Shown here one piece after another: positions 55,906 to 64,000 of a stretch of 64,000 bases of DNA. Positions within the stretch are counted from its first letter, which is position 1, and every line of letters begins with the position of its first letter. The notes under the pieces were generated by a model. The model saw only the letters and a list, made by a program, of their open reading frames with translations. It ran no database searches and was not told where the DNA came from. The translations under genes and the position numbers were made by a program. The DNA comes from Candidatus Eiseniibacteriota bacterium. Lineage in GTDB: Bacteria > Eisenbacteria > RBG-16-71-46. Location of the stretch: positions 32,001-96,000 of the forward strand of contig CAVUWA010000011.1 in the NCBI GenBank assembly GCA_963744995.1, read 5' to 3'.

Positions 55906-58281
55906 TCAGCCGGTCGCGGCGCCCGCGCGGCGGCCACCCAGCAGCCGGAGGCCGTTGAGAATGACGACCACCGTGCTGCCTTCGTGGCCGGACACCGCCA
56001 CGGGCAGCTTGAGCGCGCCGACCGGCGTGTGCTGGCCGAGGAACACCCAGATCACCAGCAACAGCATGACGCCGGCCGCGATGGTCACGTTCTGCACCAC
56101 CACCCGTCGTGCGCGCTGGCTCAGCCGGAGCGCGTACGGCAGCGCTTCGATGTCGTCACCCATCAGCACGACGTCGGCGCTCTCCATGGCCGCGTCGCTG
56201 CCGATTCCGCCCATGGCGATGCCCACCGTGGCGCGCGCCAGCGCCGGCGCGTCGTTCACGCCATCGCCGACCATCGCCACGCTGCCGTGGCGCTGCTCGA
56301 GCTCGCCGATCACGCGCACCTTGTCCTCGGGCAGCAGCCCGCCATGATGGTCGTCGACGCCGGCACGCCGCGCGATCGCTTCGACGGTCTTCACGCTGTC
56401 GCCGCTCAGCAGCGAGATGCTCTTCACGTTCAACGCGCGCAGTTCGCGCACCACGTGCGCCGCTGCAGGGCGTACCTGGTCGGCGGCCGCGATCACGCCC
56501 CAGCGCCCGTTGCGATGCACGAGCATGGCCGTCTTCGCATCGGCGCGGAATGCCGCAACGCGTGCCAGCGCCGCCTCGGGCACCGGCATCCCCAGATGCG
56601 CGAACAGGTCCGGCGTGCCGATCTCGACCGAGATGCCGTCCACCCGCGCCACCAGTCCCTTGCCCAGGTGCGAGGTCAGCGCCTGCGCCGCTTCGGGCCG
56701 GATGTCCCGCGCCTCGGCGGCGCGCACCACCGCGCGCGCGAGCGGATGGTGCGAACGCCGCTCGGCCGCGGAGGCCCAGGCCAGCAGCTCCGCCTCCGTC
56801 GCACCGTCCAGCGCCGCGACATCGGTGACCTCGAAGCGTCCCTGGGTGAGCGTGCCGGTCTTGTCGAACGCCACCGAGCGCACGCGACCGAGCGCCTCGA
56901 TGTAGCGACCGCCCTTGAACAGGATGCCGTGCCGCGCCGCATTGGAGATCGCGGACAGGATCGTCGCCGGAGTCGCGATGACCAGCGCGCACGGCGAGGC
57001 GACCACCAGCAGGGTCATGGCGCGGTAGAACGACGGAGCGAATGCGTGCCCCAGCAGGAAGGGCGGGATCACGATCATCAGTCCCGCTGCGATCATCACC
57101 CCGACCGTGTAATAACGCCCGACCCAGTCGGCGATCTCCTCGGTCTGCGACTTCTGCTCCTGCGCTTCCTCGACGAGCTGCACGATGCGCGCGAGCGTCG
57201 TGTCGCCCGCCGCGCGCGTCGTGCGCGCCTCGATCGCACCCTGCTGGTTGATCGTGCCGGCGAAGACGGTGTCCCCCTCGGCCTTGGCGACCGGCACCGA
57301 CTCGCCGGTGAGGCTGCTCTGGTCCACCAGCGACTCACCGGTGACGACCACGCCGTCCACCGGAATCGCCTCGCCGGGCTTCACGATCACCCGCTCGCCG
57401 ACGATCACGGCTTCGGCCTCGACTTCGATCTCGCGACCATCGCGCCGCACCAGCGCCCGCGCCGGGCGCAGTTTGAGCAGTGCGTGCAGTGCGCGCCGCG
57501 TGCGGCCCATCGTATAGACCTCGAGCGTATTGCTGAGCGAGAACAGGAACATCAGCACGGCGGCTTCGAACACGTAGCCGATGATCCCCGCGCCGATCGC
57601 GGCGAGGATCATCAGCAGGTTGACGTCGAAGCGGAGCTTCGCGAGCGCTTTCAGCGTCGAGCGCAGCGCGAAGAACCCGCCGCACAGCGCCGAGGCGATG
57701 AACGCCGCGTGGTGCCATGCGAGGGGCAGCGAGGTGCGCTCGAGCACCATGCCCACGACCAGCAGGAGCAGACAGGTGCCGGTGAGCAGTGCCATCGCCG
57801 CGCCCTTCGAGAGCTGGGCCTGCTCCGCGGGACTCATGCGTGCCCCCCATGGCTTGCTGGTGGACAGCGGCCGCACGAGCTGGGCGCTTCCGGGCGACGG
57901 CGTGCGGCGCATCACGCCGACGCGACCGGGCGAGACGATGACTTGGAAAGCCTGGTCCGCCGGGCCCGTCAGGTGACCGAGCCTGAGCGCGCACTCTTCG
58001 CACGCGCCGAGCGCCTCGCGCCGTTCGCAGTGCGTCACCCGCTGCGAGAACAGCGCCCCCACCTCGTCGGCGAGCGCGTTCAACTGGTCGGGATCGACGT
58101 GCGTCGGCAGGTAACGGACCGTGAGCGTGCTGTCGTCGAAGTTCGCCTCCACCGCGACGATGCCGGGGCTGTGCCGCAGCCGCTCGGAAATGATCTCGAG
58201 ACACGCCGCTTCGTTGGGATCGAAGGGCGGATGCAGGGCGTCGCCGGTGGCGCCGGAAAGAGGCCGCTCGGGTACCGTCAT
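55906..58281 (-). CDS. Heavy-metal-translocating P1B-type ATPase, P1B-4-like
   Basis: TGES, ASPCALVIATP, FDKTGT, SHHPL, GDGVNDAPALA, HEGST. Confidence 0.92.
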   Translation of the reverse strand: MTVPERPLSGATGDALHPPFDPNEAACLEIISERLRHSPGIVAVEANFDDSTLTVRYLPTHVDPDQLNALADEVGALFSQRVTHCERREALGACEECALRLGHLTGPADQAFQVIVSPGRVGVMRRTPSPGSAQLVRPLSTSKPWGARMSPAEQAQLSKGAAMALLTGTCLLLLVVGMVLERTSLPLAWHHAAFIASALCGGFFALRSTLKALAKLRFDVNLLMILAAIGAGIIGYVFEAAVLMFLFSLSNTLEVYTMGRTRRALHALLKLRPARALVRRDGREIEVEAEAVIVGERVIVKPGEAIPVDGVVVTGESLVDQSSLTGESVPVAKAEGDTVFAGTINQQGAIEARTTRAAGDTTLARIVQLVEEAQEQKSQTEEIADWVGRYYTVGVMIAAGLMIVIPPFLLGHAFAPSFYRAMTLLVVASPCALVIATPATILSAISNAARHGILFKGGRYIEALGRVRSVAFDKTGTLTQGRFEVTDVAALDGATEAELLAWASAAERRSHHPLARAVVRAAEARDIRPEAAQALTSHLGKGLVARVDGISVEIGTPDLFAHLGMPVPEAALARVAAFRADAKTAMLVHRNGRWGVIAAADQVRPAAAHVVRELRALNVKSISLLSGDSVKTVEAIARRAGVDDHHGGLLPEDKVRVIGELEQRHGSVAMVGDGVNDAPALARATVGIAMGGIGSDAAMESADVVLMGDDIEALPYALRLSQRARRVVVQNVTIAAGVMLLLVIWVFLGQHTPVGALKLPVAVSGHEGSTVVVILNGLRLLGGRRAGAATG

Positions 58282-58432
58282 GGTGACGAACCTAGCGGCA
58301 GGCGTTCGCCCGCCGCAACCGGGGGCGCCGCGTGGGGCGCGGCGCTGAAGGCGCGAGCGGCGCCGGCGGCCGGGACGTCCACGCCCGCGCGCGGCGGGTG
58401 CCGCACCCGAAGTCGGTCCCCGTAACCGCGAG

Positions 58433-58459
58433 CGGCGCCGGGGTTCCGCCCCGGCGCCG
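58433..58459 (-). terminator. Hairpin downstream of the 58490..61351 gene, possible terminator
   Basis: CGGCGCCGGGG-TTCCG-CCCCGGCGCCG, 11-bp stem, no U-tract. Confidence 0.35.
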
Positions 58460-58489
58460 GCTCACGAACTCCGTTGCGCGCCGGCCCGT

Positions 58490-61351
58490 TCAGCGCAGGC
58501 GGACGATCGTTCTGTTCCAGGTCTGCTGCGGCGTCTTCACGCGGATGAAGTAGACACCGGGACCCAGTGCGCGACCGGCGGTCGAGCGGCCGTCCCAGCG
58601 CAGGGACTGCCGGCCGGCTTCGAACGTGCGGCGCTCGGCGAGCCGCGCGACTTCGCGGCCGAGGATGTCGAACACCGTCGCGTCCACGACGCCGCGCGTC
58701 GGCATCGCGAAGCGGATCTCGGTGTTTTCGCGGAACGGATTCGGCCCGATGCTGAACGACGCGCGGCCCGTACCCCCGTCGCCTGCGTCGGCGATCGTCG
58801 GTGTCGAAGCCGGATCGGCCGGGTCGCTGCCGAGATCCAGCTCGTCGCGATCCAAATACAGGTCGCGATCGCGGTCGACCCCCATGCGCGTTCCCGACAT
58901 GGTCGGCACGCCGGTGAAGGTGATCTCGCCGCCGGGCACCGCGAGCGAACGCAAGGCCGCGGTCGTCAGTTTCTGCTCGACGGTGCGATCCGGACGCCAG
59001 AGATCGCCGCCGACGTATTCGTAGCCGCGCGCCTCCCCGTTGACCCTCCCCTTCGCGATCACCGCGCAATCGCCGAGGTCCGCCTGCTGAATCAACGAGT
59101 CGAGCGTGGACACCGGCCCCGGAGCGTTGTCGTTGGTGCCATCGAAAGTGATCTGCCGTCCGACCGCGGGCGACATGCCGGTGTCGAACGCGAGCAGGTA
59201 CGCGACGAGATCGGCGCGGTTGGAGTCGGCCTGGGCCTGCGTCGCTCCCAGTGTGAAGCCGGGCTTGCTCAGGAACGTGTCGAGGTTGTCCGTCGCACCG
59301 TCGTGCCCGTAGCCGAACCCGCGCTTGTTGAAGTTTCCGGTCGAGTCCTTGAAGCCGGTCTTCGTGTACAGGTTGCGCAGTTGCGGCACCTTGAGGTCCT
59401 GGGACTGGTACGCCGGATTGTGCAGGATCGAGTCGGCGGGGATGATCGCGCCGTTGGTGCCCGGGCCGAAGTTGGTTGCGGTGTGGCAGTCGTTGCACGT
59501 TTCGCCACCCAGGCCCACGGGGAGCGTCTGGAACAGCACCGCACCGCGTGCCGCGCTGGGCTGGCCGGGGGGCGCGTCGGGATAGGTGCGATCGAGGTTC
59601 TCGTTCGGATTCGGCGGGTACACGAGCGCCGAGGTGAAGTCGTCGAACGCGCTCATCTGGCTGTCCGGCAGGGTGGCGCCGTGGCCCATGAGCGTCACGT
59701 ATGCGCCGTTGAACGACATGAAGCTGTTGCGGTCGCCGCGCCAGTGCAGCTTGCCGGTGTTGCTGTGGCCACGCAGGGACTGCGTCATCATCGGGCCCTT
59801 TTCGGGATCGTAGCCGTGCAGCGGCGGCGTGCCGTTCGCGAACGCGGCAGTGGGATCGCCGAGATTCCACGCCATGTTGTCGGTGTCGCCGAAGATGTGG
59901 CAGCTCCCGCACGCCTGTTCGCCGTGCCCGGTCGTGAAGCCGCCGTACATGAAGCGCCGCCCGTTGACGATCGCATCCGGCGTCGGATCGAAGCCGACGT
60001 TCTGCACGTCGATCGACGCGAACGTGGACAGGTTCAGGGTCTGGAGCTGGTTGCGGAACCGCCCCACGACGAACAGCCGGTTGCCGGTTCGATCGACCAC
60101 CATTCCGGTCGGCCCCTCTACGGTCGGGATGCGGCCCTTGATCATCGAGAGCGCGCCGGTCGCGTTCGGATTCAGCACTCCGATCTTGTTCGTGGCGAGC
60201 GAGCTCACGTAGAAGCGCAGCGAATCGCCGGCGACGTTCGCATCGGCCGCGAGCCCGGTCGTGATGCCGAGCGCCGAGTCGCGCTCCGCCTGCGTGCCGA
60301 CCGGGCTCGTGAAGTACGTCGTGACCTGCGGGTTCAGCACGCGCAGCGTCTTCGTGCCGGTCGTGCTCACGAAATACATGTTGGTCTCGAACAGATACCC
60401 GTTGAGGCGCGGCTCGTAGCGCTGTTCGTCGCGGGCCAGCGTCGAGGCGAGCGCGAGCTTGCCGTCCGACGGGTTCACCGCGATCGCGTAGTTCTGGCTG
60501 CCGAGGTCGCCATAGGCGTCGGTCACCGTGTTGCTCGAGGTCCCGATCACCGCGACGTCCTGCTCGTAGAACTTGTACTTGGCGTGCTGGGTCCAGACGT
60601 TGCCCCACATGTCGTAGAAGTTCTGATCGAAGCTCGCCTGCAGCACGATCAGACCGACGTGCGGCGGCGTGGGCAGTCCGGCGTTGCGCGGGTACTCGAT
60701 GTCGCCACCGGTGCCGAAGCCGATGCCGGAGGGCATGGAGTCCGCGGCGACCTTTTCGGGACCGAGCACGGTGGAACGGTTGCCGGCGTCGAAGATCGCG
60801 ACGTAGACCTTGCTGCCGTCCGCGCTCTTCGCCAGGGTGCGCGGTCGGTGGCCGCTGATCGGAATCGTGGCGACCTGCGCGAGCGTGCTCGAGTCGTAGA
60901 CCTTGACCACGTCTTCGCCGGCCACGCTGACGTACGCCTGCGAGCTCGTGCCGGCGAAGATCACGTCCATCGGCTCGTCGCCGGTGCGGATGGTGGCGCG
61001 CACGTTCTCGGTGCCGAGATCGACGACGGATACGTCGTCCGACAGCTGGTTCACGACCCAGGCCGTGCTGTCGTCGCGGCAGCGCACCGAGATCGGTTCC
61101 ATACCCACGGGGATCTCGGCGGTGCGCACCGGCGTGGCGCCGGTGATGTCGAAGACCGAGACGCGGTTGTCCGCCGTGTTGACGACGACCAGCCGGTTGC
61201 CGTCCGGGGTCCGGTCGATCGGGTGAACGTGGGCGCTTTCGAAGTGAACGAAGTCGGGCGCGGTAGCGGTTCGTGACGTCAGCAGGCGGGGGAAGGTCAC
61301 GAGACCAATGGCCATCACCAGTACCGCGAGACCTGGCACGATGCGTCGCAT
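58490..61351 (-). CDS. Secreted YVTN-type beta-propeller + di-heme cytochrome c (CCP/MauG-like) + FlgD-Ig/T9SS-like C-terminal domain
   Basis: Signal peptide; propeller repeats (VVNTADNRVSV, VGMEP, TGDEP); CGSCH and CNDCH; HWRGDR, KVPQLRNLY, GYGHDG; C-terminus GPNPF...FDILGR...WDG...GVYFIR. Confidence 0.82.
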   Translation of the reverse strand: MRRIVPGLAVLVMAIGLVTFPRLLTSRTATAPDFVHFESAHVHPIDRTPDGNRLVVVNTADNRVSVFDITGATPVRTAEIPVGMEPISVRCRDDSTAWVVNQLSDDVSVVDLGTENVRATIRTGDEPMDVIFAGTSSQAYVSVAGEDVVKVYDSSTLAQVATIPISGHRPRTLAKSADGSKVYVAIFDAGNRSTVLGPEKVAADSMPSGIGFGTGGDIEYPRNAGLPTPPHVGLIVLQASFDQNFYDMWGNVWTQHAKYKFYEQDVAVIGTSSNTVTDAYGDLGSQNYAIAVNPSDGKLALASTLARDEQRYEPRLNGYLFETNMYFVSTTGTKTLRVLNPQVTTYFTSPVGTQAERDSALGITTGLAADANVAGDSLRFYVSSLATNKIGVLNPNATGALSMIKGRIPTVEGPTGMVVDRTGNRLFVVGRFRNQLQTLNLSTFASIDVQNVGFDPTPDAIVNGRRFMYGGFTTGHGEQACGSCHIFGDTDNMAWNLGDPTAAFANGTPPLHGYDPEKGPMMTQSLRGHSNTGKLHWRGDRNSFMSFNGAYVTLMGHGATLPDSQMSAFDDFTSALVYPPNPNENLDRTYPDAPPGQPSAARGAVLFQTLPVGLGGETCNDCHTATNFGPGTNGAIIPADSILHNPAYQSQDLKVPQLRNLYTKTGFKDSTGNFNKRGFGYGHDGATDNLDTFLSKPGFTLGATQAQADSNRADLVAYLLAFDTGMSPAVGRQITFDGTNDNAPGPVSTLDSLIQQADLGDCAVIAKGRVNGEARGYEYVGGDLWRPDRTVEQKLTTAALRSLAVPGGEITFTGVPTMSGTRMGVDRDRDLYLDRDELDLGSDPADPASTPTIADAGDGGTGRASFSIGPNPFRENTEIRFAMPTRGVVDATVFDILGREVARLAERRTFEAGRQSLRWDGRSTAGRALGPGVYFIRVKTPQQTWNRTIVRLR

Positions 61352-61600
61352 GGAGACTGTCTCCCGGCAGCGCTGAGCTGCGAGGGGTCGAGTAAGAAGG
61401 TTCAGCGCGTCAGCGAGATGCGGTCGCCAAGTCTATCATTCGCGGGCCGCCGATCGGAGCCGTATCTGCGCTCGGAGAAAGCAGATCCGGCCGAAATCCC
61501 GACGCGTGACCGGCCCGGCCGACGCCCTGACGGCTAGGCCGTTGTGCGACAGGACATTGTGGCATGGCGCATGCCGTCCCGCGGCGGCGGCCCGGCGCTC

Positions 61601-61951
61601 CTATTTCTGGACGACCCGGGCGATGAAGGCCGGCCCGGCCCCCTCGACCGTGGTGACCAGGGTCGAGTCGGCCACGCCGCGGTCGCAGACGACGTAGGCC
61701 CGGTCCTGCTCCAGCCGCACGTCCACGGCCGAGACCCCGTCGAGCGAGGCGATCTTCGACTGGATCGTCCCGGCGCAGCCGGCACAGGTCATGCCGCCGA
61801 CCTCGAGCGTGACGATCTTCTCGCCGGCCCGGCTCGCGAGCGCGCCGTGAGCGGGGAGCGAGCGCAGCTCGCGCACCAGCAGCGGGCCGCCGACGGCGAG
61901 CACCAGCACGGCGGCGACGATGCCGGCGACGTTCAGAAACTGACGGTCCAT
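61601..61951 (-). CDS. Membrane-anchored HMA (MerP/CopZ-like) metal-binding protein
   Basis: GGAG RBS; N-terminal TM helix then VTLEVGGMTCAGC. Confidence 0.87.
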   Translation of the reverse strand: MDRQFLNVAGIVAAVLVLAVGGPLLVRELRSLPAHGALASRAGEKIVTLEVGGMTCAGCAGTIQSKIASLDGVSAVDVRLEQDRAYVVCDRGVADSTLVTTVEGAGPAFIARVVQK

Positions 61952-62097
61952 TCGAATTCTCCAACGCGGCCGGAGCGGATGCGGATTCCGGGGCCGGAAC
62001 GTTAGCCCGGCCCGATCCTGGACCGCAACCCGGGCGCATGCGCAGGGCGGACGCGCGATCCGACGCGCGCCCGCCCTGTCGTCACGGCGCCGGTCGG

Positions 62098-64000
62098 CTA
62101 CCTCAGCATCGTCACCTTCTTCACCGCTTCGAACCGGCCGCTCTTCTGCGTGAGGCGCGTGAAGTACACGCCGCGCGGCATCCGATGCCCGGCATCGTCG
62201 GTGCCGTCCCACACCAGCGTGTGGTCCCCGGCCTTGAAGCGCCGCTCGGCGAGCCGGCGCACCAGGCGACCGCTCACGTCGAAGATCTTCACCTCGACGT
62301 CGTCGTCGAGCGCGAGCCCGAACCGGATCGTCGCGTCGGCGGCACGCACCGGGTTGCCGGCGAGGCTCAGATAGTCCGTGAGCGCCCGGTCTCCGCCCGG
62401 GACGTCGGTCGTGACCGGCAACGTCAGCGCGTAACAGTCGAGGGGGCCGAACGTGTTGCTCAGGAGATTGAACATCCACGCCAGCCGCCCATTGCTCGTC
62501 CCGAAACGGCCCCGCATCGAGGCGAGCCGCACGGCGATCGTCTGCGAGATCCACGGATTCGTGCCGTCGTGCGCCTTGTAGACGCCGAACGGCGACTGCG
62601 CCCCGCCGGGTTGCACGTAGGCGAGGTTCACCGCGGCGCCAGGCAGCCCCGGATGGACGTCCACCACGTCGTTGGTCAGGCGGCAGCCGTTGTCGACGCC
62701 GTAGATGTCGCCGTTCCCGAGATCGATCGAATTCCCCGGCTCGGCGTCCACGTACTTGCGGTCGTCGGGCGTCGACAGCCGGTAGTCCGCGTTCTGGAAC
62801 GTGGTGCCGAGGTAGTCCTGCACGAACGCCTGCTCGACGCCGCCCTGGTCGGCGGCCGCCTCCATGAAGCTCTGACCGATCACCAGGATGCCGCGATCGG
62901 GTGTGGCGGGATTCCCGCTCGCGAGCCAGCTCTCCATGATGCCGACATCGTCGGCGCTGTCGTCGGGGTTGGGGCCCCAGACGTAGTATTCGACGTCACC
63001 TGTCAGCACGACGAGCATCCGGTAGTAGGTCTTCAGCATCTCGAGCGTCGGCGGGTTGTAGGTCCACTTGCCGGTGCCCGCGCCGTCGTCCATGCCGGTC
63101 CCGGTCTCTCGGTAGGCCAGCCGACCGCCGATCCCCTGCGCGCTGACTGTCAGCCCGGGGCCGCCCTTCTTCGCGTAGACGTCGAAGAAGGTGCCGGGCT
63201 GGCCGTTCCTTCCGGAAATGAAGTACGCGGGGTCGTCGATGTCGCCGCCCGAGGGAACGCCGCCGTAGCCGTCGTCAACCCCTCTCCGGGAGGAACCCGT
63301 GAGGCCGATCGAGTCGGCCACGGCCTTCCAGACCTGCTCGTCGCCGCGCCCATCGGCGTTGTCGTACACCAGCATGCACGCCATGCCCATGCCGCCGTGG
63401 TCGAAGGCCGGGTCCTTCCAGCGGTCCGGCAGGACCCCGAAGTGCTGCCAGCGGTGGCCGTCACGATCCCAGCCCTCGCCGATCTGCAGCGCCACCTGGT
63501 TCGTGTCGGGCACCATCGCGAACGCGCTCGCGGGCTGATCGAGGTCCTGGCGCCTGATGAAGTACTGCACGTGAGCGCCGGGCGTGAGCAGGCCGTCGGG
63601 GATGATCTTGGTGCCCTCGACGGTGGACGTCGTACCGTCCCAGCCGGTGCGGCTCGCGGGCAGAGTGGTCACCCACGCCGGTGGATAGGACCCCTTCGAC
63701 GGATCGCCGCAGGTCAGGTTCGGGTCGTTGATGTCGTAGAGGAGCGTGTCGATCATGAAGCAGCGATTGCGCGGGATCCCGAGCGTCGGCCGCGCCGCGA
63801 GCTCCGTTTCGTGATACGTGCTGCACCAGATCGTGCCGGTGGGTGGGAGACCCGCGTTCCGGCCCTGCACCGGGAACATCGCGTGACCGTAGATCTCCGC
63901 CGTGTCCATCCGCGCGCTGTTCCACACGGTCTCGTTCCAGCCGCTGGGCGCCGCGGCATGCGCCGCCACCGCCGCGCCGGCATTGATGGCCCCCGGCAAT
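62098..64000 (-). CDS. 3' part of a large secreted protein with a FlgD-Ig/T9SS-like C-terminal domain (start lies outside the window)
   Basis: Open to the window edge; C-terminus GNPV...IFDVSGRLV...WDGTDDAG...GVYFTRL...KKVTMLR. Confidence 0.82.
   Translation of the reverse strand, partial: LPGAINAGAAVAAHAAAPSGWNETVWNSARMDTAEIYGHAMFPVQGRNAGLPPTGTIWCSTYHETELAARPTLGIPRNRCFMIDTLLYDINDPNLTCGDPSKGSYPPAWVTTLPASRTGWDGTTSTVEGTKIIPDGLLTPGAHVQYFIRRQDLDQPASAFAMVPDTNQVALQIGEGWDRDGHRWQHFGVLPDRWKDPAFDHGGMGMACMLVYDNADGRGDEQVWKAVADSIGLTGSSRRGVDDGYGGVPSGGDIDDPAYFISGRNGQPGTFFDVYAKKGGPGLTVSAQGIGGRLAYRETGTGMDDGAGTGKWTYNPPTLEMLKTYYRMLVVLTGDVEYYVWGPNPDDSADDVGIMESWLASGNPATPDRGILVIGQSFMEAAADQGGVEQAFVQDYLGTTFQNADYRLSTPDDRKYVDAEPGNSIDLGNGDIYGVDNGCRLTNDVVDVHPGLPGAAVNLAYVQPGGAQSPFGVYKAHDGTNPWISQTIAVRLASMRGRFGTSNGRLAWMFNLLSNTFGPLDCYALTLPVTTDVPGGDRALTDYLSLAGNPVRAADATIRFGLALDDDVEVKIFDVSGRLVRRLAERRFKAGDHTLVWDGTDDAGHRMPRGVYFTRLTQKSGRFEAVKKVTMLR

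Overview
High-GC bacterial window with dense, ordinary coding structure (about 44 genes). I found no rRNA, tRNA, CRISPR array, integrase or transposase. Four secreted proteins with FlgD-Ig/T9SS-like C-terminal domains plus a PorV/FadL-like barrel suggest a diderm FCB-associated lineage, for example Ca. Eisenbacteria (inference). The main feature is a five-gene operon at 30.8-38.0 kb preceded by a consensus sigma54 promoter. It encodes a His-rich cytochrome-b-like inner-membrane protein, a membrane-anchored ferredoxin fused to a circularly permuted thioredoxin-reductase-type flavoprotein, a 20-heme and a 16-heme cytochrome c, and an outer-membrane beta-barrel. Together these form a candidate NAD(P)H-to-cell-surface electron conduit. 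Other notable items: an ImcH-like 7-heme cytochrome coupled to a P3A H+-ATPase; a circularly permuted cupredoxin lipoprotein; a PorV-like barrel/transglutaminase/TPR gene with an apparent 1-nt frameshift, in an operon with a second TPR protein and a CHASE2-PP2C phosphatase; a GAF-HTH regulator lacking its AAA+ domain, next to three copies of a candidate operator; hemS-DtxR with a palindromic operator; SPFH plus a small RHH gene with a triple-repeat operator; and a CarH/LitR-photolyase pair. All calls come from reading motifs by eye. No database searches were run, so novelty is unverified.
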